NCBI RefSeq assembly: GCF_030144855.1
Contig: NC_082730.1
Coordinates: forward strand, 15,004,001 to 15,068,000
Source: Hypanus sabinus
Taxonomy: Eukaryota
DNA: 64,000 bases
Direction: 5' to 3'
In this document: positions 37,977 through 51,203 of the stretch, in pieces
Layout: each line of letters opens with the position of its first letter
Position numbering within the stretch: position 1 is the first letter of the stretch
The notes under the pieces: generated by a model
The model's input: only the letters and a program-made list of their open reading frames with translations
Told to the model about the DNA's origin: nothing
Database searches by the model: none
Translations under genes and position numbers: made by a program

Positions 37977-40900
37977 TTTTTATTAGTTTTTTTAATACAT
38001 TTTCTACATCGCTACAGATAAAAAAAACCCAGATCAAAATGAAGAACATTGATACAGTGCAAAAATAAACATACAATAATAATATGGTACAAAAAAAAAT
38101 CATTGAGAAAGCACCCAAATTGAAGACATGTAAAATTAGTATCCTCCCCAAGCCCCGCAACAAAATAAAAAGAACTACAGACCAACCACAACACAATATA
38201 GAGAATATAAATCAGGACAATCAAACCCCCATACTGTAAATACACTTAGCAACAGAAGATATTAATGCCTAGTACCAAAAAAAAAGGAGCTGAAAGCAAG
38301 GGACCGGGAAAAAAAGCCTTAGTTAAGAGGAAGGTTATGAAAGTACTCAATAAAAGGTCCCCAGACCTTATGGAACTTTATATCCGAATTAAGAACTGAA
38401 TAATGAATTTTTTCAAGGTCTAAGCAGGCCATAATATCGTTAAGCCATTGAGCATGCATGGGCGGGGCATCATCTCTCCATCTAAGGAGGATTAAATGTC
38501 TAGCCAGGAGAGAAGCAAAAGATAATATTCAAAGAGAGCACAAAGAGAGGCTGAATTAACCAATTTGAGAATCGAGTCCCAAGTCTCATCAGATAAGGAG
38601 GTACTTAAATCATGCTCCCATGCCATTTTAATTTTATCCACAGGGGCATGTCGTAAGGCTGCTAATTTATCATGAATAAATGATATTAAACCTTTACCTA
38701 GTGGATTAATAGAAAGAAATAAATCCATAACATTTTTCTCAGGCATTTCAGGGAAGTTAGAAATTAAAGGATTAATAAAGTGTCTAATTTGGAGATATCT
38801 AAAAAAATGAGCATTGGGCAGATTGAACTTAGCAGAGAGCTGTTGAAAAGAAGCGAAGCGATTATCAATAAAAAGATCTTCAAAATGTCTAATGCCCTTC
38901 CCATACCAATCATGGAATGCTGAATCATACGTAGTAGATAAAAAAAAAAGGTGATTATGTAAGATAGGGCTAGTAAAGGAAAAACCATGGAAACCATAAA
39001 ATTTCCTAAACTGAGCCCATATACGCAAAGTGTGTCTAACAGGAGGATTAACTATTGATCTGGACAAACTACTAGGGAGTACAGAGCCAAGAAGTGCAGA
39101 GATAGATAAATCTTTAGTGGAGCTCAACTCCATTGCCACCCAATTAGGGCACTCGGGTTGGCCATGGAAAAAAGACCAAAAGGTAGCACAACGTATATTG
39201 GCTGCCCAATAATATAAACGAAAGTTAGGTAAAGCCATGCCGCCCTCTTTTTTAGATTTTTGGAGGTAAACTATTAATTCTAGAGCACTTATTCTTCCAC
39301 AGATATGACAAAATAATAGAGTCTAAGGAATCAAAATAAGATTTAGGAATAAAAATTGGGATTGATTGAAATAAATATAAAAGTTTAGGGAGAACGTACA
39401 TTTTAACAACATTAATATGACCTACCAAAGACATAGATAGAGGTGACCATTGTAACAGACTCTGTTTTATAGTATATGAAAGATTGGCAAAGTTTTCACG
39501 AAAAAGATCTTTAAACTTCCTTGTGACTGTAATCCCAAGATAAGAAAATTGATTATGAACTACTTTAAAAGGGAGATCACGGAATGTTAATTCTTGTGCT
39601 TCTTTATTAATTGGGAAAAGTTCACTCTTATGCAAATTAAGTTTATAGCCAGATATCTGGCTAAGTTGATCAAGAAGTGAAAACATTGGAGGTAAGGATG
39701 TAGACGGATTTGAAAAGAAAAGTAATAAGTCATCAACATAAAGAGAAACTTTATGCTCAACACCCCCTCTCCAAATCCCGGTCAATTCAGGACAATTTCG
39801 AAATGCTATCGCCAAATGTTCTATAGCCAAATCAAAGAGAAACGGACTTAAAGGGCATCCCTGACGGGTGCCAAGTTTGAGGTTAAATAACTGGGATTTC
39901 TGAAAATTAGGCAAAACAGAGGCAGTAGGACACGGATACAGCAATTTGATCCAAGAGATAAAACTTTGACCGAGGTCAAATTTTTCTAAAACTGCGAAAA
40001 GGTAGTTCCACTCTATACGATCGAATGCTTTCTCCGCATCGAGGGAAATAACACATTCAGGAATCCCAGTTGGAGGTGAATATAAAATGTTAAATAAATG
40101 CCTAATGTTAAAAAAAGGAAGACAGTTTTTAATAAAACCACTTTGATCCTCAGAAATAATAGAGGGAATAACAATTTCTAATCTATAAGCCAAAACTTTG
40201 GCCAAGATTTTAACATCAACATTAAGCAAAGAAATCGGCCTATACGAGGAACACTCTGTTGGGTCTGTACCCTTTTTTAATAAAAGATTAATAGATGCCT
40301 CATTAAAAGAGTGTGGCAATTTACCATAATTAAACGAATCAGATAATACTGAGAATAACTGAGGAGAAAGAAGTGAAGAGAATGATTTATAGAATTCTAT
40401 GGGGAACCCATCAGGTCCAGGAGATTTCCCTGAAGATAATGCAGAAATTGCAAAAGATATTTCTTCTGATGATATAGGCGCATTAAGTTTAGCTTTAAAA
40501 TCAGATGATAGCGAAGGAATATTCAGATTATTTAAAAATGATCAACAGAGATATTCTCATTCAGAGATTCAGAGGAATAAAGTCGAGATTAAAAATTTTT
40601 AAATGCGTCATTGATTTCTAAGTGATCCGATGTAAAGTCTCCATTCTCCTTCCGGCTCTTTGTAATATGTTGTTTGGCTTTGGAACGCCTCAGCTGATTG
40701 GCTAGAAATTTACCAGACTTGTCACTATGAATATAAAAGTGACTCCTACATTCAAGGAGTTGGCGTTCAACAGGTTGAGTAGACAGAAGATTAAATTTAG
40801 TTTGAAGTTCTACACACTTCTTGTATAATTCAGGATTCTTAGTTTGAGCATACAGTTGATCCAATTCTTTAATCTGATTAATGAGATCTAATCGATCTGC

Positions 40901-43626
40901 ACGGGACTTTCTATTAAGATTTGCTGTGTAGGAGATTATTTGACCCCTCAAATATGCTTTCATGGCATCCCAGACAATCTGGGATGACACTTCAGATGAT
41001 GTATTGGTGTTAAAATAAAAGGTTATCTAATCCTTAATAAGTTTTAGAAAATCATCGTCCGATAATAAAGTCGAATCAAACCACCAGTGCTTATTCCTCT
41101 GAGGGAGACCAGGAAAATTTAAAGACAGAGTAATTGGGGCATGGTCAGAAATCAGTATACTCTGATAATCACAACAATAGACAAATGGAATAAGTTGATT
41201 ATTGAGTAAGAAGTAGTCAATTCCGGTAAAGGTATGGTGAACATGTGAAAAAAAAAGAATAATCTCTCTCAGTAGGATGAAGGAAATGCCATATATCAGA
41301 GATACCATAATTAGAGAGAAACGATTGAATAGCTAAGGCAGATTTAGTAGGTAGTCTAGTAACAGAGGAAGATTGATCCAAATTAGGATCTAACCAACAA
41401 TTGAAATTGCCACCCAGTATAAGAGAGTATGAGTATAAGTCTGGTAGTGAGGAGAAAAAACGCTCAAAAAAATTAACATCATCAAAATTGGGAGCATACA
41501 GGTTTGCTAGTACAACTTTAGTATTACATAATTTACCAGAAACAATAATAAAATGGCCATTTGTATCAGATATCTTATTATGGAGTTGAAAAGGAATATT
41601 TGAGTTAATAAGAATGGAGACCCCCCCCCCCTAGCTTTGGCGGCAAAGGATGAATGAAAATGCTGACCCGCCCACTTTGACAAAAGCCGAGAGTTATCAA
41701 AACTACGAATGTGAGTTTCTTGAAGGAAAGCAATGTCAGCTTTGAGTTGTTAAAAATGTGAGAGGACCTTCCTTCTTTTAACAGGGTGATTCAATCCCTT
41801 TACATTCTAGCTCACAAATTTAAGTGTATTAACCATTATCAATTGTTAGTGCATAGAAGGCAGCAGGCATATAAAAAATCGAGCAGTACAATAACAGTCT
41901 GGGAGCAAAAATGTAAACATAGATCCGTAGAATCAAAACAGAGACATGTCCTGAATAACAAAGGAAAGCAAAAGCAACAGTGAGTAGTGTTGGAACTGGA
42001 GAACCCACCCCGCCCTCGCAACCCAAAACAAGACAGCTACCTAAAAAAGCAACTAGCTCCATCAAAAAAATTAACCCAAGTATGACATCCAGTTCTGTGT
42101 CGTTAACAACAGTTCCGTCTAAATACTATAGCAAATAGTAACTAGTTTATGCACTAGGAAATATAATTACAAATAGGAATAACTTCAACAGAAGTATAAA
42201 ACTTAATACAAAGAAAATCAGAAGAAAACCAAAACTAACCTACCCATGAAAAATTATAAAAGATTAAAAGAAAAAAAAAGGGAGGGAGAAAAGGGGGAAA
42301 TTATAGATTCGAAGAGAGTACTTATCAACCATTTAGAGAAAAAAAAGCAAAACTTAAACTATGAATCAACCAACAGGGAGGCCTTCAATAAAAACTCCAA
42401 ACCTCCAAAACAAGTTAAAGTCAATTGTTGAACTCTATAGATAAAGTTATACAAAAATAAAATAGATTACTCAAGTACAATCTAAATGTCCGCAGGGAAA
42501 CATTAAACTCAGATTATCTATTTAGTAATAAAGCACCAAGTCCAGGGAGAGATTGTCTACAGCCCTTAGAGTTTCAATAGATAATGTCTGAATTATTCAA
42601 GTAAAGTCTGAGTCCGGAAAAAATAGTTTTACTTCAAGAGGTACTCATCAACCATTTTAGAAGGTCAGGCCAGTTCCGAAGAAGACGGGGTGGCCAGAAG
42701 ACTTCCAACAAACGCCTCAGCCTCCTTCACTGATTTAAACCACTTATAATCTCCAGTGGAAAGCGTAATTCGAAGATCGGCTGGATTTCGGAGAGAGGGT
42801 CTGAGTCCACGATCAAAAAGCACTTTCATTACACCTTTAAACTCAGCACGCATCTTCAGAACCTGGGGGGCAAAATCCTCCAAAAAACAAATGACCGTAT
42901 TTTGAAAAGCAAAAGTACCTCTGCGGCGTGCCTCCATAATCAAACGGTTTTTCACCTAGTATTGATGAAAGCACAAAATTACCGGCAGTGGACGGGAACC
43001 CAGAGTTGCACGGGGAACATACATCCTGTGAGCCCTTTCAAGCTCAGGTGGAGTCGGAAGAAATTCTTTCCCAAATATCTCACAGAGAAAATCGGAAAAA
43101 AAAATTCAAGGGAGAGCCCTGTTTGGTGGCCTCTGGCAAACCAAGAATTCGTAGATTGCAACGTCTGCTCTGGTTTTCAAGATCCAACATTTTGGAAAAA
43201 AGTTTACTATTCTTCTCCTCTAGGCTGGAGCAGAGAGTTTCAAGATATTGAACAGGGCGTTTTAAATCTTCAGAAGTTGAGTCAATGCGAGATAAATGTT
43301 CAGCATGTTCATTCACTCTAGCATTGATCCGATCCAATTTGACATCCAGCTGGTTGAAAGAAGTTCTAAATTCCTTTAAAATATCTTGTCGATGTTGTTC
43401 CAAAGCAGCGAGAATGTCAGCTGGCAAAGCCGTAGAGGTTTCCTTTTTCCTGGTTTTAGTACTTTTGGTAGCCATTATAAGATAGATGTGTTCGCAGGCA
43501 GGTAAAAGAGAACAAATAAAATACCTAACTAAGGTTTAAGAAGGGAGACATATAGTGCAAAGATAGGAAGAATGATGAAGCAAAAGTTCGGAGCAGTTAA
43601 ACAATCGCCATCTTACTGGAAGTCCC
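37977..43626 (-). mobile_element. Full-length L1-clade LINE (about 5.65 kb) with 13-bp TSD; ORFs broken by frameshifts
   Basis: TSD atgcagaaatctt at 37964-37976 and 43627-43639; 5' end gggacttccagtaagatggcg; ORF1 pieces 42665-43475; ORF2 pieces 38492-41830 incl. 355-aa RT (SYRPISLLNVD, LDAEKAFD, GTRQGCPLSP, YVDD); poly-A tail. Confidence 0.96.
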
Positions 43627-44029
43627 ATGCAGAAATCTTAACAATGTTAGGGTCCAGAGTGATATTCAATTCCAAGTCCGTAAATTCCCCAAAGTTGCTG
43701 TACAATTTGTCAGGGTGTGAAAAACGTATAGAATGTGCTTGACCTCAGCAGATTTGGGGAATGCTACAGCTTGGTAAAACACTGGTTTGATCATTCTATT
43801 GTGGAGTATAGAGCATAGATTCAGTGAACAGCCAGCACCTCTTTCTCATGGTGACAATGACCAATACCAAAGGACATCCATTTTAGGTGAGCGGAAGAAA
43901 GTTTCAGGGAGATATAAGAGGTAAGGTTTTTTTTTACAGTGTTTGATGGGTCCCTGGAACACACTGCAGCCATTGTGGTAGAGGCAGATACAACAGGGAC
44001 ATTTAGAGACTTTTAGAAACTTACAGAAC

Positions 44030-44311
44030 CAGTACAGAGCCTATGAAAAGTGTTCTACCCACCCCCCCACCCCTTGGAAGTTTTCATGATTTAAAATTTT
44101 ACAACATTGAATAACACTGGATTTAATATGAAAAGTGTTCTACCACTTTGGAAGTTTTCATGTTTTAACGTTTTACAACATTGAATAACAGTGGATTTAA
44201 TTTGGCTTTTTGACACTGATCAATGGAAAAAGAACTTCTCATGTCAAAGTGAAAACAGATCCCTATGAAGTGTTTTAAATTAATTAAAGATAGAAAACAC
44301 AAACTAATTGA
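44030..44311 (+). mobile_element. Tc1-like terminal (IR/DR) fragment, with an internal tandem duplication
   Basis: aaaagtgttctacc...ttggaagttttcatg...ttttacaacattgaataac..tggatttaat occurs twice; paralogous to 48960-49300. Confidence 0.7.
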
Positions 44312-46132
44312 TGGGAACAGCTTGTCCATAAGCCCACTGGGGATCAGCTGTTTTTGGATTGGGTGCTGTGTAATAAGCCTGAGGTGATTAGGGAGCTAGA
44401 GGTAATGGAACCCATTGGAAGTAGTGATCATAATATGATCGAGATCAGTTTCAAATTTGAAAAGGAGAAGCTGGTATCAGGTGTATCAATAGTTCAGTGG
44501 AACAAAGGAAATTGCAGTGGTATGAGAGAGGAACAGGCCCAAGTTGATTGGAAAAGTAAGCTAAATGGAGGGACAGTAGAGAAGAATTGGATGAAATTCC
44601 TACAAGAAATAAGGAAAGTGCAGGAAAAATATATTCCAAGAAAAAAGAAAGTCATAAAAGGAAAAATGACACAAATTTGGCTAACAAGAGAAGTTCAGGC
44701 CAAAATAAAAGCAAAAGAGGAAGCAAAAATTAGTGGGAAAACTGAGGGCTAGATGAATTTTAAAAATTTACAGAAAGAAACTAAGAAAGTCATTAGGAAA
44801 GAAAAGATGAATTATGAAAGGAAACTGGCAATGAATATAAAAAGGACACTAAGAGCTTTTTTAAAAATATATGAATAAAAAAATAGTGACACAGGTAGAT
44901 ATAAGACCTACTGAAAAGAATGCTGGAGAAGTTGTAATAGGTAACAAAGTGATGGCAGAGGAACTAAATGAGTATTTTGCATCATTCTTTACAGTGGAAG
45001 ACATTAGCAACATACCTGATAGCCAGAGGTCTCAGGGAATAGAATTAGGTACAGTCAAGATCACTAGAGAGAAAGTGCTCGAGAAGCTAAATGGTTGCCA
45101 GTTACTAGTGGTGTTCCGCAGGGGTCAGTGTTGGGGCCTCTTCTTTTTACACTGTATATCGATGATTTAGATTATGGATTAAATGGTTTTGTGGCTAAGT
45201 TTGCGGATGACACCAAGATAGGTGGAGGAGCAGGAAGTGTTGAGGAAACGGAAAGGTTGCAGAGAGAATTGGTCAGTTTAGGAGAGTGGACAAAGAAATG
45301 GCAGATGAGATACAAGGTTGAGAAATGTATGGTTGTACATTTTGGAAGAAGAAACAATCAGGCAGATTATTATTTAGAAGGGGAGAAAATTCAAAAGTCG
45401 GAAGTGCAAAGGGATTTGGGGGTCCTAGTGCAGGATACACTAAAGGTTAACCACCAGGTTGGATCGGCAGTAAAGAAAGCGAATGCTATGTTGGTATTCA
45501 TTTCAAGAGGAATAGTGTATAAGAGTAAGGAGGTGTTGATAAGGCTCTATGGGGCACTAGTGAGACCCCATTTGGAATACAGTGTGCAGTTTTGGGCCCC
45601 CTATCTTATAACGGATGTGCTCATGTTGGAGAGAGTTCAGAGAAGATTCACGAGGATGATTCCTGGAATGCAGGGACTAACATATGGGGAACGTTAGTTG
45701 GCCTTTGGATTGTATTCATTAGAGTATAGAAAAATGAGAGGGGATCCTATAGAAACAGTTTGAATGTTGAAAGGGTTGGACAGAGTAGATGTGGAAAGGC
45801 TGTTTCCCTTGGTGGTTGAATCCAGGACAAGAGGTCACAGTCTTAGATTTAGAGGGTACTCATTTAAAATAGAGATTAGGAGAAATATTTTTAGCCAGAG
45901 GTCCGTGGATTTATGGAATTTGTTGCCACATACATCTGTGGAGGCCCAATCATTGAGGGTTTTTAAGGAGGAGATTGACAGATATCTAATTAGTCAGGGT
46001 ATCAAGGGATATAGGAAAAAAGCCGGAAATTGGAATTAGACAGGAGAATAGTTTAGCTCATGGTGGAGTGGCAGAGCAGAGTCGATGGGCCAAATGGCCT
46101 GCTTCTGCTCCTTTGTCTTGTGATCTTGTGAT
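44312..46132 (+). mobile_element. CR1 LINE fragment with an internal deletion of the N-terminal RT region
   Basis: ORFs 44354, 44871, 45095 (PVTSGVPQGSVLGPLLF, FADDTK), 45764; tail tcttgtgatcttgtgat. Confidence 0.92.
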
Positions 46133-46624
46133 GGCCTTTGGTCCTATTTATTCTCTTTCTCATCTACTGTGTGGAAATAACTTATGCTATACCACATCGT
46201 TATCTGATTACAAAGAATCTTCTAATATTTTGCACTTTGTTATCATGCAGTGATGATTTTGACATTTGCAAACAGCTCCCTTCATGAGGCACATCCATTG
46301 GTTACAGTTACATGTCAACTCTGAAAAAAGTAGCACCTTCCATTTGCAGCTTCACACCCCACTGACCTTTACAAGCTGCAGCAAGTTCAGCTTTTAATTC
46401 CATTGTTCATTAATCTTTAAGTCCTTTGAATATTCACTGGAAATGTACCCAATTTCAATCATTTTAAATGTTATGTTGATGAAATGATCGGTGAAATTAT
46501 CCACTCTGGTTTAGGAGCCTAATGGTTAAGGGGTAAGATCTGTTCCTGATCCTGGTGGTGTGGGACATGAGGCTCCTGTCCTTGCTTCCTGACAGCAACA
46601 GGAATAAGAGAGCATGGCCTAGTT

Positions 46625-47361
46625 CAGGGGTCGGCAACGTTTACCACTGAAAGAGCCAATATGGACCCATTTCCCACAGAAAAGAAAACACAGGGAGCCA
46701 CAAAACCCGTTTGACATTTAAAATGAAATAACACTGCATACAACGGTATTTTTTTGCCTTTATGCTATGTATAAACAAACTATAATGTGTTGCATTTATG
46801 AAATTGATGAACTCCTGCAGAGAAAACAAAATTACATTTCTACATGCAACAGAAACATTTTGAACTCCGAAAAAAAGACGTTGGGTTGAAGGTTACTCCA
46901 TAGTTAGCCTACCTTGGATCGAAGAATTAAAAGAAAGCGCGCACTGGCGGGTGTCAGGCATTGGCAGTGGTGATGTATATTAATAGTGATAAAAATCACA
47001 TTGTAGCGTTGTGCTACACGCAGCGCTAAAATAAAGACACTGCAGTCAAAGGTAACTTTATTCGAACTAAACAGCCTTGCTTTAAAGCCTCCCTCAACCC
47101 GTCCCCGTGGGCGCGGATGCGCCAAAAGACACGTACTCACAAACCCCCGTAGGCTATCTCCCTTAGCCGGAACGCTGGTTAATTCTGAGCCGGTTCGGAT
47201 GTGCCAGGAAATGGGGACTCCACAACGTTTTTAGATTGTACAAGATCACCATAATCTTCAAATTTCGAATTACATTTCAAAAACTAACAAACCACGGGGA
47301 GCCGCAGCACAGAGATGAAAGAGACGCATGCGGCTCCAGAGCTGTGGGTTGCCGACCCCTG
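46625..47361. mobile_element. Non-autonomous hAT (Charlie-like) MITE, 737 bp
   Basis: 14-bp perfect TIRs caggggtcggcaac / gttgccgacccctg; 8-bp TSD gcctagtt / acctagtt (7 of 8 match, CTAG core). Confidence 0.93.
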
Positions 47362-47788
47362 ACCTAGTTGATTATGGATGCTGTTTTTAGTGTGACAATG
47401 TGCTCCACAGTGAGGAGGGATTAATCTGTGATCAACTGGACTTTATCCACTACCTTTTATAGGTTTATCCATTCAAGAACATTAGTGTTTCCATACCATG
47501 CCATGATGCAACCAATAAGAATACTCTCCACTATGCATCTATAGAACTTTGTCGGTTTTAGGTGACAGTCTGATATTTGCAAACTTTTAAGTAAATAACG
47601 AGGTGCTGTCCTTGCTTTGTAATGACAATTGCAAGGTGGACCCAGGACAGACCCTCTAAAATGATAACGCCAAGGAATTTAGAGTTACTGACCCTTTCCA
47701 CCTCTGAATCCCTGCTGAGTGCTGGCTCATAGATCTCTGGATTCCACCTAATGCAGTCTTTGATTTTGCTGATGTTGAGTGAGAGATA

Positions 47789-47991
47789 CAGTGTCCCCCC
47801 CTTTTACGAAGGTAGAGAGTTCCTATAAACCTTTTTTAAGCTGAAATGGCATAAAGTGAAGAACCATTAATTTATATGGGTAAAATTTTCATAAAAGCAA
47901 AAATCCTCTTTGTAATGCGAAACCAGGTAACTAATGTAGGTCTTTCGTAAAAGTGGCGTAAAGTGAATCTTTGTAAAGCGGGGTGCGCCTG
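47789..47991. mobile_element. Short Tc1/mariner (pogo/Tigger-like) MITE
   Basis: TA on both sides; imperfect TIRs cagtgtcccccccttttacgaag / ctttgtaaagcggggtgcgcctg. Confidence 0.7.
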
Positions 47992-48336
47992 TAGTTGTGA
48001 CACCATTCGGTCAGATTTTCAACCTCATTCCTAAATGCTGATAGAACAGACACAAGTGCAGAAGGAACTCAGCAGATCATGCAGCATCTACAGAAAGGAA
48101 TAAGCAATTCATGTTTTGGGCCAAATCCCTTCATTGAACCCAGTTTAAGATCAGGGACCCCTCCTCAGATCTGGATTAAAAATGGAAAACTGTCAGTTTA
48201 GGAAGCAGATCTGGTCAGAGGAAAGATGTGTAAGATAAAAGATGAAATAGTTCAGTCCCAGGTTATGAACTCCTGATTTATGGACACTTCTATATCTGAA
48301 GAAGCCTCTATAATGTTACTTAATTCAAAAGTCGGG

Positions 48337-49135
48337 AGTATGTACATATGTTTACACATGACACAAAGGTTGTCGGTGTGTTGGATTGTAGAGAAGGTTA
48401 TTGTTAGTTACAAGAGGACATAGAAAGGTTGAAGCAATGTGGGGTGAAATGGTAGATGGAGTTTAACTCTAAAAAAATGTGAAGTGATACATTTTGGGTG
48501 ATCAAGCTTGGACGCAGATTACAAGTTTAATGCAGAATTCTTGACAATGCTGAGGTCCAGAGTGATATTCAATTTCAAGTCCGTAAATTCCCCAAAGTTG
48601 CTGTACAATTTGACAGGGTGTTAAAAAGGTATAGAATGTGCTAGACCTCAGCAGATTAGGGGATTGAGTTCAAGAATAATGAGGTAATGTTACAGCTTGG
48701 TAAAACACTGGTTTGATCATTGTATTGTGGAGTATAGGGCATAGATTGAGTGAACAGCCGGAACCTCTTTCTCATGGTGACAATGACCAATACCAGAGGA
48801 CATCCATTTTAGGTGAGCGGAAGAAAGTTTCAGGCAGATGTAAGAGGTAAGTTTTTTTTTGCAGTGTTTGATGGGTCCCTGGAACACACTGCAGACATTG
48901 TGGTAGAGGCAGATACAACAGGGACATTTAGAGAGTTTTAGGCACTTACAGTACCTCTACCGAACCTATGAAAAGTGTTCTCCCCCCTTGGAAACTTTCA
49001 TGTTTTAACGTCTTACAACATTGAACGACAGTGAATTTAATTTGGCTTTTTGGCACTGATCAATAGAAAAAGTGAAAACAGATCTCTACTAAGTGTTTTA
49101 AATTAATTAAAGATAGCAAACACAAAGTATTTGAT
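48337..49135 (+). repeat. Local segmental duplicate (CR1 fragment joined to Tc1 end) of 37751-37976 plus 43640-44311
   Basis: Same sequence including the CR1/Tc1 junction; lacks the L1, so it shows the empty site gattacaagtttaatgcagaattcttgacaatg. Confidence 0.9.
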
Positions 49136-49300
49136 TGCTTAAGTATTCACTCCCCCCTCCACCTTCAAGTCAGTATTTAATAGATGCACTTTTGGCAACA
49201 ATTACAGCCTGGAGTCTGTGTGGCTAGGTCTCTGTCAGATTTGCTCATCTGGACACTGCAATTTTTCCCCATTTTTCTTTACAAAACTGCTCATGAATGC
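48960..49300 (+). mobile_element. Tc1-like transposon 5' remnant
   Basis: IR/DR-type repeats (aagtgttctcccccc ... aagtattcactcccc) followed by typical Tc1 internal sequence gatgcacttttggcaacaattacagcc. Confidence 0.75.
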
Positions 49301-50968
49301 CTCACATAAACAAACTGCCCCATCCTCTTCCTGCATTGCCTAAGGACTTCAGACTGTAAGACAATGACACATAGGAGCAGAAGAAGACCATTGAATCTGT
49401 TCCACCATTCTATTATGGCTAAATTATTCCCCGTCAATCCCAATTTCAGTAATTTTTGACACCCTATCTAATCAAAAACCTATCAACCTCTGCTCTAAAT
49501 ATATCCAAGGACTTGGTCTCCACAGTTGTCTGTGATAATGAATTACTGGCCAGGGAAACGTCCTCGTCACAACACTCTATCCCACTTCTAGGCCCTTCAT
49601 TATTCAAGAGGTTTCAATAAGAAACCCCACACCCCATCCCCAGTTTTCTTAACTCCAGCAATTACAGACCCAGAGTCATCAAACACTTCTCATACATTAA
49701 CCCTTTCATTCCTGTGATCGCTCACGGGAACCTCCTCTGGACCCTCTCCAATTACAGCATATCCTTTCGAAGATAAGGGTCACAAAACTGTTCACTATAT
49801 TCCATCTGCAGTCTGACGAATAACTTATAAAGCTGCAATTTTTATATTGCTTCTCAACAATAGAATGGAAAATGTTTTACAATCCCACGGTTGTATTTAC
49901 AGGTTGTATGTTGTATGCACTGGCATTAGTTTTAAACACAATGATTAAATGGCTTTTCTCTTATCTTCAAATAATTATTATTTTTGTTCAGTGGTTTAGT
50001 TGTTGAAAGAAAAATGCTTTGCTGAAGATGTGCTAAAAACAAATGTAACAACCACAAAATTACAAAAGGTCTCCATGTATCCTGAATTATTTTATCATTT
50101 ATCTCTTCATATACAATGTGAAATTAATTGTTTATAAACAATTGCAAAGTCAGCAACAAAAATTCAGGAAAATATATATCAGCCACATTCATGCATCACC
50201 TCAACCTTCACACTACAATGACATCAAAAGCAACACATAAAATACTGGAGGAACTCAGCAGATCAGGCAGAATCTATGGAAATGAATAGATAGTCGATAT
50301 TTCGGATCAAGGCCATTCCTCTCCTGTTCCCACTTGTCTTTTACTTCCCCCGGTTCCCTTTTCCTTCCATTTCTCCTTTGATTCACTCTATCCTCCTATC
50401 ATATTACTTCTTTACAGCCTTTACCACCATTCCCGTCCACCTGGCTTCACCGATCATCTTCCAGATAGCCTTCCTCCTCTCCCCCATTTTTTATTCAGAC
50501 AGCTTCCAACTTCCTTCTCAGACCTGAATAAGAGACCAGGCCTGAAAAGTTGATTATCTATTCATTTCCACAGATGCTGCCTGAGCTCCTGAGTTTCCTC
50601 CAGCTTTTTCTGTGTGTTGGTTTGGATTTCCAGCATCTGCAGATTTTCTTGTGCTCACAATGAAATTAAAGTTAAACGGTTATCATTGTTCAGTTAAAAT
50701 TCAGGATGACATCGATAAGTGGTGACTCTGTGCAGAACCCCAATGGTAATCATCGAATATTCCCATTTAGGACTGCTATATTTAATTTCATGACATACAG
50801 TATGTTGGTGTTATTAAAACTGATTCTGATTCTGAATCTGTATTACTTCTCCAACATGTGTGACATCTGAGAATTGTTATCCCTTGTACTGAAGCTCTCC
50901 TCAGACTTCATCTGCCCCAGGGAATCACACAGCATGAATCTGGATAGATCACTCTTTGACTGACAGAG

Positions 50969-51203
50969 TGATGCACCATCAATAACTCTTGGAGACGTGA
51001 GGTGAGATATAGGCTTTTATTGACTGGAAGAAAGAACAAGCAGCAATTGACCACCACACTACATCCTGGAGAATGAGACCAGGGCTCAGGCTCCAATCAC
51101 CTTTATACCGGGGTCCGTGGGAGGAGCCACGGTCAGAAGGAGGAGCCACAGGAGCAGTCAAGGGTGGGGGGCATGTCCAGACAGGTATATGTAGTTCACC
51201 ACA
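50969..51203 (-). repeat. 3' LTR of the Gypsy element (235 bp)
   Basis: TG...CA ends; direct repeat of 55209-55423. Confidence 0.95.
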
